From an uncultured Candidatus Saccharibacteria bacterium (GTDB lineage Bacteria > Patescibacteriota > Minisyncoccia > Phycocordibacterales > DATDWN01), in assembly GCA_964426735.1 (NCBI GenBank), contig CAYRRP010000001.1, forward strand, positions 75,923 to 139,922: DNA of 64,000 bases, read 5' to 3'. This document shows, piece by piece, positions 19,340 to 30,296 of the stretch; position 1 is the first letter of the stretch, and the number at the start of each line of letters is the position of its first letter. A program made the translations under genes and the position numbers. The notes under the pieces are model-generated. The model saw only the letters and a list, made by a program, of their open reading frames with translations, ran no database searches and was not told where the DNA came from.

Positions 19340-20275
19340 ATGTCTAAGTACTTAGTCACTGGAGGGGCGGGATTTATTGGGTCTAATATTGTGAAAAGGC
19401 TTGTGGAGATGGGTGAGGAAGTAAGAGTGCTTGATAATCTGGTTACAGGAAAAAAAGAAAATCTACAAGGTTTATTTGAAAAAATTGAGTACATAGAGGG
19501 TGATTTTACGGACATAGATGTTGCAAGAAAAGCGGTACTTGATGTTGACTATGTATTACATCAAGGAGCAATACCTTCGGTACCTCGTTCAGTTGATAAC
19601 CCGATCCAAACCAATAATGCTAATATTTTAGGAACATTGAATATGTTAGTTGCATCACGTGATGCTCAAGTAAAGCGTTTTGTGTACGCAGCGTCTTCAG
19701 CAGCATATGGAGACTCACCGACAATGCCTAAAGTAGAAACAATGCCAACGGCTCCTAAATCACCATATGCAATTCAAAAATTAACTGCTGAGCAGTATTG
19801 TCAAAACTTTTTTACTTTATATGGACTTGAAACGGTATGTCTGAGGTATTTTAACGTATTTGGTCCACAACAGGATCCATCTTCTGTGTATTCTGCAGTT
19901 ATTCCATTATTTATTAAAAAGATGATGATAGGTGAAGCTCCTGTTATTTATGGAGATGGGACAACGTCTCGAGATTTTACCTATGTTGATAACAATGTCG
20001 ATGCAAATATATCCGCATGTATATCAGGAAAAGAGTGTGCTGGCGAAGTTATTAATATCGCGTGTGGTTACGAAATATCTCTTAATGAATTGGTGGAAAA
20101 GATAAATATACAACTTGGAGTACATGTTAATCCTATATACAAGGAAGAAAGAAAAGGAGACGTAAAACATTCACTTGCTGATATTACCAAAGCAAAAAAT
20201 CTGCTCAATTATACGCCACGCGTGAATTTTGATGAAGGATTAAGAAAAACTATTGAATTTTATAAACATAATTAG
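19340..20275 (+). CDS. NAD-dependent epimerase/dehydratase (UDP-hexose 4-epimerase-like)
   Basis: TGGAGFIGS, YAIQK, LRYFNVFGP. Confidence 0.9.
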   Translation: MSKYLVTGGAGFIGSNIVKRLVEMGEEVRVLDNLVTGKKENLQGLFEKIEYIEGDFTDIDVARKAVLDVDYVLHQGAIPSVPRSVDNPIQTNNANILGTLNMLVASRDAQVKRFVYAASSAAYGDSPTMPKVETMPTAPKSPYAIQKLTAEQYCQNFFTLYGLETVCLRYFNVFGPQQDPSSVYSAVIPLFIKKMMIGEAPVIYGDGTTSRDFTYVDNNVDANISACISGKECAGEVINIACGYEISLNELVEKINIQLGVHVNPIYKEERKGDVKHSLADITKAKNLLNYTPRVNFDEGLRKTIEFYKHN

Positions 20276-20290
20276 GAATTAAATGGTGAT

Positions 20291-21574
20291 TTAAGTAAGT
20301 TGCTTGTGTAGTTTGTATATATCTCCAGCTCCTAGTGTAATAATTACAGTATTTTCGGCACATTCCTGGATCTTTTCTTGCGCATCCTCAAAAGTTTTTA
20401 CAAGAAAAGCTTTTTTTCCTGGAATACTTTTTACAAGCATTTCTGAAGTGATAGATGGGTCAAATTCTTCACGTGATGCATAAATTGGCAAAATATAAAT
20501 TTCATCCGCAAGATCGAATGATTGAGAAAATCCTTTCAAGAGTGATTTAGTTCTACTGAACAGATGAGGTTGAAAAAAGACTACCTTTTTCATGCTAGGG
20601 TGTTTCTCTTGAAGCCCCTGAAGGACAGCTTTTATTTCTGTAGGGTGATGGGCATAGTCATCATAGAGAAGTGCTCCGTTTTTTGTTTTTCCATGAAAAT
20701 CAAAACGTCTCCATGTTCCATTAAACTGTGCGAGAGAATTTTCGATCACTGTAGTATCAACAGCAAGGAAGTGTGCGATAGCTTGTGCCACGGCAGCATT
20801 CTGTTGATTATGTAAACCAGGTGCTTTAAGTAGTCTTTGTGTATTAATGTATGAAGTGTAATCAATGATTGTACAACATAAACCATCTAAAACAGGAATA
20901 AGTTTTGGGTCAGATGGGTTACAAATGATCGCTCCTGATCTTGGGACTCGGAGGGCAAGTTCTCTGAAAGCTGACTGTATGTCCGCAAGGTCTCTATAAT
21001 AATCTAAATGATCTGTATCAATATTGGTGATAGCAAGAACAGTTGGGTAAAGGTTTAAAAAAGATCGGCGGTATTCACATGCTTCTACTATAAAATAATT
21101 ACTTCGCCCAACAATGAGGTTACTCTCAGAGTCTTTCATAAGACTACCAACAATGACAGTGGGGTCAAGTGAAGAATCTATACATATTTTTGCAAGCATT
21201 GCAGTACTTGTGGTCTTTCCGTGTGTACCAGAGATTGCGATGGTGCACATATCTTTTGAGATAAGTGCAAGCATTTGAGGATATGTTTTTGTTGGAATAT
21301 TATGTGAATGAGCTCGCAATAACTCAGGGTTGTTTTCAGGAATAGCAATTGTGTGTACGACTAAATCAACATCGGCACCAATATTTTCTTCAGTTTGTCC
21401 AGCAAAAATCTGTATCCCGAGTGCAGTAAGTTGATCAGTAACATGAGAAGTGTTTATATCAGAACCTGTCACAATTTTACCTGAGACATGCATGAGTCGA
21501 GCGATGGCAGATATTCCGATTCCGCCAATGCCAATAAAGTGAACCTTTTTGATTTGATTGAGATCTATTTCCAT
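20291..21574 (-). CDS. murC: UDP-N-acetylmuramate--L-alanine ligase
   Basis: GIGGIGIS, GTHGKTT, DDYAHHPTE, FQPH. Confidence 0.95.
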   Translation of the reverse strand: MEIDLNQIKKVHFIGIGGIGISAIARLMHVSGKIVTGSDINTSHVTDQLTALGIQIFAGQTEENIGADVDLVVHTIAIPENNPELLRAHSHNIPTKTYPQMLALISKDMCTIAISGTHGKTTSTAMLAKICIDSSLDPTVIVGSLMKDSESNLIVGRSNYFIVEACEYRRSFLNLYPTVLAITNIDTDHLDYYRDLADIQSAFRELALRVPRSGAIICNPSDPKLIPVLDGLCCTIIDYTSYINTQRLLKAPGLHNQQNAAVAQAIAHFLAVDTTVIENSLAQFNGTWRRFDFHGKTKNGALLYDDYAHHPTEIKAVLQGLQEKHPSMKKVVFFQPHLFSRTKSLLKGFSQSFDLADEIYILPIYASREEFDPSITSEMLVKSIPGKKAFLVKTFEDAQEKIQECAENTVIITLGAGDIYKLHKQLT

Positions 21575-22917
21575 TTTTTTATGATACGTATGAACTGATC
21601 ATTTCGATCATATTCATTCTTAAATAAACCAAATGATGCAAACCCAGGGCTAAACAATATAACGTCTCCTCTTGTTGCGTGTGTAAGCGTATATGCAACA
21701 GCTTTTTTTAACCCATCTACTTCGATATATCTAGTGTGTAGATTCTTTTTTAATATATCTGTCCCAGTACCAGGAAGGAGAATGCTTTGCACGGAGTGTT
21801 TTTGTATGGTTTTAGATAGTGTTGTAGTATCCAGACCTTTGTTTGAACCACCGAGAATAAGGGTGATGTTACTTTTAGGATATCTATAGGAAACCGCTTT
21901 GATTCCAGCGATAGTGGCTTCTGGTGTTGTTGAGTTATTGTCATTGATGATGTGGATACCTGAGACAGTGTGAAGATGTTGTAGCCTCCCTTCAAGACCA
22001 GTAAATGAACGTAATGCCTTTTGTATTGATGAGTCGTCTAATCCACATTTTTTTGCGACTGTATATGCATATGAAGCATTACGGATATTATGTTCCCCAA
22101 AAATATGCATAGGAGTATTTGAAACTTTTGAAATAGTTGGCGTGTATATATTACTTTGTATAGTGTTTGGTAGTAATGCACGCATGGTTTTATTTGTTAC
22201 TAACACATCGTCTTTTTTCTGGAATATACATATATTTGATTTATCTTTAAGATATATTTTCATGTCATTCTTATAATAGTTCATATGATCAGGCATAAGA
22301 TTTGTGAATACTGCAATGTTGGGAGAAATTTTTTCATCCCCAAATCCTTGGCATTGCCATGAGTCAAGTTCGAGCACTACAAAATCTCCAGATGAAACTT
22401 TTGATAGTAAAGGAAGAGTCGCTTTCATTCGCATATTACCACCTAAATGTACTTTAGAGCCTAGTTTTTTCTCATTACTTTTGAGTAGGTGGTACGTAAT
22501 AGCTGTGGTCATAGACTTACCTCGTGTACCTGTAATGCCAATAAGCGTAATATCAAGTTTTGTGTCATATATGATACGAGCAAACAATGAGGCGTCCATC
22601 ACAACAGGAATATTCTGTGCGCGAGCATGAGTGATGTACGGTGAATCAATCGGTACTCCTGCCGCTTTAACAACAATATCTACTTTTTCGAAATCTTCTA
22701 TTTTGTGTGTACCAAGCACGTATCGAATATTTTTGTATTTTTTGAGTGCCTGAAGGGAAGTTTCAAGTTCAGTTTTGTTTTTTAGATCAGTTACGGTGAG
22801 TTCTGCACCACAATCTGCAAGAAAAGATGTGACTTGTAAACCACGACCAAGGACGCCAAGTCCCATAATGGTAATCTTTTTATTTTTAAATCTAGATATA
22901 TATAAATTTTTATTCAT
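21565..22917 (-). CDS. murD: UDP-MurNAc-L-Ala--D-glutamate ligase
   Basis: GLGVLG, GITGTRGKS, LELDSWQ, SPGFASF..F.NEYDR. Confidence 0.9.
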   Translation of the reverse strand: MNKNLYISRFKNKKITIMGLGVLGRGLQVTSFLADCGAELTVTDLKNKTELETSLQALKKYKNIRYVLGTHKIEDFEKVDIVVKAAGVPIDSPYITHARAQNIPVVMDASLFARIIYDTKLDITLIGITGTRGKSMTTAITYHLLKSNEKKLGSKVHLGGNMRMKATLPLLSKVSSGDFVVLELDSWQCQGFGDEKISPNIAVFTNLMPDHMNYYKNDMKIYLKDKSNICIFQKKDDVLVTNKTMRALLPNTIQSNIYTPTISKVSNTPMHIFGEHNIRNASYAYTVAKKCGLDDSSIQKALRSFTGLEGRLQHLHTVSGIHIINDNNSTTPEATIAGIKAVSYRYPKSNITLILGGSNKGLDTTTLSKTIQKHSVQSILLPGTGTDILKKNLHTRYIEVDGLKKAVAYTLTHATRGDVILFSPGFASFGLFKNEYDRNDQFIRIIKKWK

Positions 22918-22921
22918 ATGG

Positions 22922-24367
22922 TTACTGTTTTTCTACTTCCTCTTTGTCTGAGAAATGCGTCGTATGGTCAGAGAATATCTGATATTGCTCATGACCTTTA
23001 CCAGCAACAACAACGATGTCACCAGCTTGTGCGTGAGTAAATGCGTGGGCGATGGCAAGAGATCGGTCGGGAATACAGATATATTTTTTTTCTGAGGGTA
23101 TATCTTTAATCATGTCTTTTAATATATCTTCAACTGACTCACTTCGAGGGTTATCAGAAGTAAAAATTGATATATCAGATAATGTACTTGAGATAACACC
23201 CATCGGACTTCGTTTCCCTTTATCACGATCACCACCACAACCGATCACAGTGATGATTTTTGTGTGTAGATTTGATATTTGTCTCAATGTAGAGAGTATG
23301 TTTGAAAGGGCGTCCGGTGTATGTGCGTAGTCGATTACAGAATATACACCAGACTTTGATTTTAGAAATTCAAGTCTTCCAGATGGAGGAGTGAGTTGAG
23401 TAATCGTTTCGAGTAAAGTGTTTTTAGGAATTCCTAAGAGGATGCTTGCTCCATATATGCCAAGTATGTTGTATGCATTAAAAATACCAGTAAGTTTTGA
23501 GAAGCATTCTTCATTGTTGATTGAAAGAAGCAGTCCTTCAAATGACTGATTGATTATCTTACCTGTAAATTCTGAGTGAGTTGTATTGTTAAGCGAAAAA
23601 TAATATTCTTTTGCCCGTGTATCATTAAGCATCTCTACTGAATATGGATCATCTGCATTTGCAAGAGCAAAAGAATGTTTTGATAGATTGTCAAAAAGTT
23701 CTTTTTTGGCACGAGCATATGCATCAAGAGTTTTGTGGTAATCGAGATGGTCATGAGTAAGGTTTGTAAATATTGCTCCGGTGAAAAAAAGACCATACGT
23801 TCTTTTTTGATGTATTGCGTGAGATGAGCACTCCATGAATGCATGTGTGCATCCTTTCGAAACTGCATATGCAAGAAAGGAATTTAAGGTAATGGGATCT
23901 GGAGTTGTGTGCGTTGCGGGAAATACTTCATCGTTAATTTTATTTTCTATTGTTGATAAAAGAGCAGTGTTATATCCAAGTATACGGAAGGTCTTAAAAA
24001 GCAAGGTGGCTGTTGTTGTTTTTCCATTTGTTCCAGTTACTCCGATTACTTTTAGTTTTTCTGAAGGATTGTTGTAAAAATTTTTAGCGATTTGGGCAAG
24101 AGCGATTCGAGCATCTCTGACTTGAATATATACTACCCCTGAAGTTTCCATAGGTGGTTTATTTTCTGAGATGATCACCGTGGCGCCTTTCTGAGTTGCT
24201 TCACGTATAAAAGTGTTACCATCTCTTAAAGTGCCCGTTAGAGCGATAAATAGTGATTGAGGTTGTGCTGTTCGAGAATCAATAGAAAGAGATGATATGT
24301 ATATATCAGTGATAGTGTTACTTTGTATGGTTTCAACTTCTTGCAAAAGATCAGTTAGTTTTTTCAT
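22922..24367 (-). CDS. murE: UDP-MurNAc-tripeptide synthetase (mDAP-type DNPR motif)
   Basis: GTNGKTT, HTTPD, DYAHTPDAL, SDNPR, AGKGHE. Confidence 0.95.
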   Translation of the reverse strand: MKKLTDLLQEVETIQSNTITDIYISSLSIDSRTAQPQSLFIALTGTLRDGNTFIREATQKGATVIISENKPPMETSGVVYIQVRDARIALAQIAKNFYNNPSEKLKVIGVTGTNGKTTTATLLFKTFRILGYNTALLSTIENKINDEVFPATHTTPDPITLNSFLAYAVSKGCTHAFMECSSHAIHQKRTYGLFFTGAIFTNLTHDHLDYHKTLDAYARAKKELFDNLSKHSFALANADDPYSVEMLNDTRAKEYYFSLNNTTHSEFTGKIINQSFEGLLLSINNEECFSKLTGIFNAYNILGIYGASILLGIPKNTLLETITQLTPPSGRLEFLKSKSGVYSVIDYAHTPDALSNILSTLRQISNLHTKIITVIGCGGDRDKGKRSPMGVISSTLSDISIFTSDNPRSESVEDILKDMIKDIPSEKKYICIPDRSLAIAHAFTHAQAGDIVVVAGKGHEQYQIFSDHTTHFSDKEEVEKQ

Positions 24368-24368
24368 T

Positions 24369-25889
24369 TTAAAATTCATTAAGAAGAGATACATCTGCAC
24401 CGATTGAGTTCAATCGTTCGGCAATATTTTCGTATCCGCGATTAATAGCATATACATTACGAAGAATGGAAGTTCCTGTGGCACCAAGCATTGCAACAAG
24501 GATGATCATTGATGGACGAAGAGCGGGTGGGCATACCACTTGTGTCGCGTGTAGAGGTGTGGGTCCGTTAATAAATACCCTATGAGGGTCAGCGATAATA
24601 ATGTCGCTACCAAGACGGTTTAATTCATTGAAATAGATTGCTCGGCTTTCCCACATCCAGTCATGAATAAGGGTGGTACCTTTTGCCTGAGTTGCGATAG
24701 GTACAAAGAAGGGCAGATTGTCTGAATTTATGCCCGGGTATGCAGATGCATGAATCTTATCTTTTAATGCGGTAAGTTTTGAAGGATACACTGTTATATC
24801 ACATAGTTTGGTGTATCCATTTTTTGCTACATAGAGAGGTCCTTCTGTGTATTTCATTCCCATTTTTTCAAGCTTTAGTATCTCCAGAGAAAGAAAATCA
24901 ATTGGACATCGTGTGATGGTAAGTTTTGATTTTGTAACGAGTGCTGCGGCAATAAACATCATTGATTCGGTAGGGTCTTCACTGTTCCAATATTCAATTG
25001 GTTTATTTATCTCGCTTATTCCATGAATAATAAGTGTACTTGTGCCAATTCCTTCAATCTTCACTCCGCATTGTTTAAGAAAAAAACACACTTCTTGTAC
25101 CTGATAATTTGGTGGAGTAAAACGAAGAGTGGTAGTACCTGGAATAAGTGCAGAAGCAATAAGAAGGTTTTCTGTAGCTGTGTCTGAAGCTTCAAATAAT
25201 ACAATATCCGCGGGCTGTAGCTTCTTAGTTATTATTTCATAATGTGTTTGTTTGGTGGCTATATGTGCACCGAGCGACTCAAGTCCGTATCGATGGGCGG
25301 CGATTGTTCGTTGCCCCATTTTACATCCACCTGCATGTGGTATTGTAAAATTTTTTTCGTGATGTATGAGTGCACCAATAAGCATAAGTACTGATCGTAT
25401 GCGTGTTGAATTTACGGCACGTAATTTTTCTACAGAAAATTTTTTGGGAGGTTGGATGCGCACCGTATTTTTATCCACCCAGTCAATTTTAACGCCAATA
25501 CACTCAAATATTTCAATAATGCGACTGATTTCCTCAATCCGAGGGATGCCGTGGAGTGTTGTTGTGTTTTTGTTGAGGAGGGAAGCGCAAAAAAGACCAA
25601 GCGCACCATTTTTAGATGTGTTGGTTTGTATTGATCCTGATAACGTTTTTCCTCCTGTAATCTTAAAATCATCTGTAGTGTTCTCTACTTTTACAATCGT
25701 TTTACCAAGAATGGTACTTATTTTAGAAAGTAAATCTGCAGTTAGGTTTTGATCGCCTTTTTCTATTCGAGCAACGGCACTCTGAGAAGTTTTTAGTTTT
25801 TTTGCGAAATCTCCTTGTGTCAAACCTGCATCCTCACGCATTTGTTTAATAATCATCCCTATTTTTTCCATGCTTTTTTGTTGAGACAT
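24369..25889 (-). CDS. murA: XRE-HTH / UDP-GlcNAc 1-carboxyvinyltransferase fusion
   Basis: N-terminal HTH (LTQGDFAKKLKTSQSAVARIEKG); SKN, GGCKMG (catalytic Cys), INRGYE. Confidence 0.9.
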   Translation of the reverse strand: MSQQKSMEKIGMIIKQMREDAGLTQGDFAKKLKTSQSAVARIEKGDQNLTADLLSKISTILGKTIVKVENTTDDFKITGGKTLSGSIQTNTSKNGALGLFCASLLNKNTTTLHGIPRIEEISRIIEIFECIGVKIDWVDKNTVRIQPPKKFSVEKLRAVNSTRIRSVLMLIGALIHHEKNFTIPHAGGCKMGQRTIAAHRYGLESLGAHIATKQTHYEIITKKLQPADIVLFEASDTATENLLIASALIPGTTTLRFTPPNYQVQEVCFFLKQCGVKIEGIGTSTLIIHGISEINKPIEYWNSEDPTESMMFIAAALVTKSKLTITRCPIDFLSLEILKLEKMGMKYTEGPLYVAKNGYTKLCDITVYPSKLTALKDKIHASAYPGINSDNLPFFVPIATQAKGTTLIHDWMWESRAIYFNELNRLGSDIIIADPHRVFINGPTPLHATQVVCPPALRPSMIILVAMLGATGTSILRNVYAINRGYENIAERLNSIGADVSLLNEF

Positions 25890-25894
25890 ATGTT

Positions 25895-25963
25895 TGTGGA
25901 TAAGTAATTAGATATATCATATATGATATATTATTATTTACAACAAAAGGTAACTGTGGATAA
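25895..25963. promoter_or_regulatory. Perfect 20-bp palindrome (25912-25931) flanked by two DnaA boxes between divergent murA and murB
   Basis: atatatcatatatgatatat; tgtggataa at 25895-25903 and 25955-25963. Confidence 0.6.
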
Positions 25964-25972
25964 TTAAAAAAT

Positions 25973-26857
25973 ATGAACATTCAAAAAGATATTATTCTTG
26001 CGCCATACACTACATACCATATCGGCGGGCCAGCGGATTATTTTGTGGTAGCTCACACAAAGCATCAGTTGTCAGAGGCAATTACATATGCTCGAAAAAA
26101 TAAAATGCCGTATTTCGTACTTGGGTCAGGAGCAAATATTTTATGTTCTGATAAAGGGTTTAGAGGTTTGGTGATAAAAAATGAAGCACACAATTTTTAT
26201 TTTAAAGATAGTACTTTGGTTGCAGAAAGTGGTGCAACGATCGCTTCACTTATACAAAAAAGTTTGGAGAAAAATTTATCAGACCTTGAACATTTTGCAG
26301 GTATACCAAGTACAGTGGGTGGAGCACTGTGGCAAAACCTTCATTTTCTTTCACCTGATCGTAAGGAAACAGTTTTTATTGAGACTGTTCTAGAGTCAGC
26401 GGAAATTATGGATGAATCAGGAGATATTTTTGTAGTAGATAAAGATTTTTTTGAGTTTGGGTACGATAAAAGTATCTTGCATACACGGAATTTAGTTGTT
26501 CTCGAAGCAAAATTTAAACTTGAGTATAAAGATAAAGAAAGAATCAAAAGACAGGTAGAAGATAATTTAAAATGGAGAAATGATAAGCAGCCACCTGTCG
26601 AACTTTTTCCTTCGTGCGGGTCAGTGTTCAAGAAAATAGAAGGAGTGGGAGCAGGAAGACTTATCGATCAAGTGGGTTTAAAAGGTTTTCGAGTCGGAGG
26701 AGCGCAAGTCTCAGAGAAGCATGCAAATTTTATTATAAATACAGGAGATGCAACCGCAAATGACGTTATGAGTGTTATCGGTTTCATCAAAGAAAAGGTA
26801 CTTAAGGAAACAGGGTATACACTTGAGACCGAGATTAGTTTTATTGGGGAGTTTTAA
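25973..26857 (+). CDS. murB: UDP-N-acetylenolpyruvoylglucosamine reductase
   Basis: IGGPA, GIPSTVGGA, SCGSVFK, VSEKHANFIIN. Confidence 0.95.
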   Translation: MNIQKDIILAPYTTYHIGGPADYFVVAHTKHQLSEAITYARKNKMPYFVLGSGANILCSDKGFRGLVIKNEAHNFYFKDSTLVAESGATIASLIQKSLEKNLSDLEHFAGIPSTVGGALWQNLHFLSPDRKETVFIETVLESAEIMDESGDIFVVDKDFFEFGYDKSILHTRNLVVLEAKFKLEYKDKERIKRQVEDNLKWRNDKQPPVELFPSCGSVFKKIEGVGAGRLIDQVGLKGFRVGGAQVSEKHANFIINTGDATANDVMSVIGFIKEKVLKETGYTLETEISFIGEF

Positions 26858-27736
26858 TTATTTTTTAATTAGTGAAGATGCTGTTTCCATACACCAACTT
26901 TTAAAAATATCTTTTAATGAAAGATTTGCTCCTGCGACCATTTTTGGAATTAATGAAGTGTTCGTCATCCCAGGTATTGTATTGATTTCTAAAAAGTAAA
27001 CTTTATTTTCGTTGGTGACGATAAAATCTGATCGTGATATATGACGAACTTCCAGGTGTGTATGGATCAGTAGAGCTTGTCGTTGTAACTCTTGTGTAAG
27101 AGAGTCAGGTATTTCAGCAGGGCATACTTCTGTCGCTAGTTTGTCAGGATTATATTTACTCTCAAAATCAAAAAAAGTATTTTTGGGAATAATTTCAATT
27201 ACAGGTAATGCAAATACCTTACTATCATAGTCTAGAATCCCTACAGTAAATTCTCTCCCTTTAACTGGTTCTTCTATAAGAAATTTAAGATGAGAATTTT
27301 CTACTAACAACTCATTCATCTCTTCTTGGGTGGTACATAGTTTTGAAGCAACTGATGATCCTCCTAGTCTTGGTTTAACAAAAGCAGGGAATGTTCCGGA
27401 TAGCTCTTTTGGGGATAAAATACCAAGAGAGCTAAGAATTTCTTTTGTGTATTTCTTATCTATTGTAATAGAATGAGTGGTTGTGTTGGAAAATAAAAAA
27501 GGGATTGCTAGAGACTTTAGTAGTGCTTGTAATGTTCCATCTTCACCTCCTTCACCGTGGATAATAGGAATAGCGAGATTAAAGGTCTGTGCACACTTTA
27601 GAAATTTATCTTGATCTTCAGGAAATGTAAAAAGCTCAGTTTCTGCAAAATCAATAAGATCTTGAATGTTTCGAGCAGATCTAATAGAAACCTCACGTTC
27701 ACCAGTCTCTCCTCCAGTTATTAGTGCTATTCTCAT
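26858..27736 (-). CDS. ddl: D-alanine--D-alanine ligase
   Basis: GGETGEREVS, HGEGGEDG, GGSS, FDFESKY, EINTIPGMT. Confidence 0.9.
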   Translation of the reverse strand: MRIALITGGETGEREVSIRSARNIQDLIDFAETELFTFPEDQDKFLKCAQTFNLAIPIIHGEGGEDGTLQALLKSLAIPFLFSNTTTHSITIDKKYTKEILSSLGILSPKELSGTFPAFVKPRLGGSSVASKLCTTQEEMNELLVENSHLKFLIEEPVKGREFTVGILDYDSKVFALPVIEIIPKNTFFDFESKYNPDKLATEVCPAEIPDSLTQELQRQALLIHTHLEVRHISRSDFIVTNENKVYFLEINTIPGMTNTSLIPKMVAGANLSLKDIFKSWCMETASSLIKK

Positions 27737-27840
27737 AAGCTTTAATAGTAACAAATTTTGCAAAGTTGGATAGTAATCTAAAAGAGTAAAGTTGGGAATA
27801 CCCTTTCGGCAAGTCGTTTTTTGTGTTACTCTACAGACTT

Positions 27841-29337
27841 ATGTCAAAAGACGAGGTAATACTTCGATTTGAAAAAGTTAGTTTTCAGTACGAGCCAAAT
27901 AAACCTATTTTAGATGAGGTGTCATTTTCTGTACGTAAAAATTCAAAAATTACGATCATGGGTCAAAATGGTGGTGGAAAAAGCACAACCTTTGGAATGA
28001 TTACGGGCACTATCAAACCTGAAGAAGGGCAAATTTTCAAAACAGCAGGACTGACGATTGCACTTTCTCGTCAAGTCATTCCTCGAGACGAACTAGACCT
28101 CACTGTGCGTGCATTTTTTGAAAAAGCATTTGCTGATGCAGCAAAAGCTGGACTTCGCAAAGATGCAGGGAAAATTTATGACATTGATCCTCGTATTGAT
28201 GAGGTGCTTGAAGTAGTAAACCTCAAAGGTCATGAGAAAATGCACGATCGTATTATTCGTACATTTTCTGGTGGTCAGCAGGCACGCCTCCTCCTTGCCT
28301 CAGCACTTATCCAAGATCCAGATCTCCTTCTTTTGGATGAGCCTACAAACAATCTTGATAAAGCGGGAATCGAACATCTCACTTCATTTTTGAAAGCGTA
28401 TAAAAAAACGGTAATAGTCATTTCCCACGAAGCTGATTTTCTCAATGCCTTTACTGACGGGGTGCTCTATCTCGATGTGTTTACAAAAAAAATTGAGCAG
28501 TATGTCGGTAACTATTTTGATGTGGTGCGACAGATTGCGGTACAGGTAGAAAAAGAAAACAGAAAGAACGCTCAACTCGAAAAGGAAATTCAAGCAAACA
28601 AAGACAAAGCAAACTTCTTTGCAAACAAAGGAGGTCAGATGCGCCTCGTAGCTCGTCGGATGCGTGACAAAGCAGAAGAGCTTGAGGAAAGTATTGTTGA
28701 TACTCGAAGAGAGGATAAGACAATTAAACCATTTAAAATTCCTGCACCTGTGCAAAACGGAGATATTCTTACAATTACAGAATTTTCAACAATAAGTCCA
28801 AAAACTCATAAACCGGTCAAGAGAAAAACAGATGTAGTTCTTCGAAAAAATCAACATCTTCTTTTGAAAGGTCCAAACGGTATTGGAAAAAGTACACTTC
28901 TTGAGTCAATTGCTTCAGGTAAAAATCCGGGGGCGATGATAGCACCAGGGGTAACGGTGGGGTATTACAGACAAGATTTTTCAACACTCAACTTTGATGA
29001 TACAGTCAGAGAATCCCTTATGTCTGTAATGAAAGAACATAGAGAAGAAACAATGCGCGCTGTAGCTGCAGGATTTTTGATTACAGGTGATCTGGTGAAT
29101 GCAAAGATTGGCAGTCTTTCTGAAGGACAGAAAGGACTTGTTGCGTTTGCACGACTTGTGCTTCAACAACCAAACCTCCTTATCCTCGATGAGCCGACAA
29201 ATCATATCAACTTCCGCCACATCCCCGTTATTGCAGAAGCGCTCAATACTTATGAGGGAGCAATGGTAGTGGTGAGTCACGTACCAGAATTTGTAGAAAA
29301 GATTCGTATTGATGAAATCCTTGATCTCGAAAAATAA
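27841..29337 (+). CDS. ABC-F family ATPase
   Basis: Two ABC cassettes (GQNGGGKS, FSGGQ, DEPTN; GPNGIGKS, LSEGQ), no TM segments. Confidence 0.9.
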   Translation: MSKDEVILRFEKVSFQYEPNKPILDEVSFSVRKNSKITIMGQNGGGKSTTFGMITGTIKPEEGQIFKTAGLTIALSRQVIPRDELDLTVRAFFEKAFADAAKAGLRKDAGKIYDIDPRIDEVLEVVNLKGHEKMHDRIIRTFSGGQQARLLLASALIQDPDLLLLDEPTNNLDKAGIEHLTSFLKAYKKTVIVISHEADFLNAFTDGVLYLDVFTKKIEQYVGNYFDVVRQIAVQVEKENRKNAQLEKEIQANKDKANFFANKGGQMRLVARRMRDKAEELEESIVDTRREDKTIKPFKIPAPVQNGDILTITEFSTISPKTHKPVKRKTDVVLRKNQHLLLKGPNGIGKSTLLESIASGKNPGAMIAPGVTVGYYRQDFSTLNFDDTVRESLMSVMKEHREETMRAVAAGFLITGDLVNAKIGSLSEGQKGLVAFARLVLQQPNLLILDEPTNHINFRHIPVIAEALNTYEGAMVVVSHVPEFVEKIRIDEILDLEK

Positions 29338-29421
29338 TTAGTGTAACCCTCTATATTGGCAAATTTAGTTGTTGAACTATAGAAAACAAACTCTCGGAAA
29401 TGAGAGTTTGTTTTCTACCTA

Positions 29422-29655
29422 CTATAATCCATGATGCTCCTTTTCTCTGATTTTCTCTATTGCATCAAACGCTTCCTTTTCTTCTTTCACTTTATTTTCT
29501 TCCTCCATTCTTCGATGTTTTCGTTCTTCCTTATGAGCAAGAGGCTCATGGCGTTTTTTTATGCGAGTATGACCATGCTTTTCTCCCGAATGTTTGTGGT
29601 GTGTAAAAAAATTATATAGAGTAAATTTTTTTGTAATTGTATCAATTATTTCCAT
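29422..29655 (-). CDS. Small His/Lys/Glu-rich hypothetical protein
   Basis: ORF convergent on the bidirectional hairpin at about 29380-29417. Confidence 0.5.
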   Translation of the reverse strand: MEIIDTITKKFTLYNFFTHHKHSGEKHGHTRIKKRHEPLAHKEERKHRRMEEENKVKEEKEAFDAIEKIREKEHHGL

Positions 29656-29777
29656 ATACCGATATAACTCTAACGCAATAATGTGTGTATACATATATTT
29701 GTTAATTAATTGGTAAAGGACTAAACAAACTCACTTTAAGTATATCACTTTGATATTTTCTGGTACTATATGCATAT

Positions 29778-30284
29778 ATGAAAAAACAGGTTGTAGTGAA
29801 CGATAAGATTCAAAAAGGCTATACATATACACTTTCTGAGCCAATTGGTAAAAATTTTGATCCAGTGTTCAAGCCAGATTTGACTCCACAAGAGATGCTT
29901 GAGCTCGGAGTATTTGGTGGAAAGTATATGACTGACTGCAGGGATGAATTCCCAAAACAATGGTTTACGCATGCCAAACTTTCTCCAGAAAAAAAAGACC
30001 CTTCACTTAATTTTTTTGGAGTTGATGCGAGTCAGTCGCGCGAAGAGTGGCAGAAAAAAAGGTGGATGCATAAAGATGATCCACGAGGGTGGTTCCAGTG
30101 GTACTGTAGATATTATATGGGTCGTCGAATGCCTGTCGAAGACCAGCGTCAGATCAAGCGATGGAGAGCGATGGTGCGCCATATGTCACAAATACAAAAC
30201 AATTGCCGTGCTGGAGATTTCTCGTGTCATACCAAACAGCGACAAGCACTTCTCCATTGGGCATATGACAGTCGAAAAATGTAG
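29778..30284 (+). CDS. Conserved hypothetical protein
   Basis: LTPQEMLELGVFGGKY and DPRGWFQWYCRYYMGRR motifs. Confidence 0.75.
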   Translation: MKKQVVVNDKIQKGYTYTLSEPIGKNFDPVFKPDLTPQEMLELGVFGGKYMTDCRDEFPKQWFTHAKLSPEKKDPSLNFFGVDASQSREEWQKKRWMHKDDPRGWFQWYCRYYMGRRMPVEDQRQIKRWRAMVRHMSQIQNNCRAGDFSCHTKQRQALLHWAYDSRKM

Positions 30285-30296
30285 TATAATTTATAT

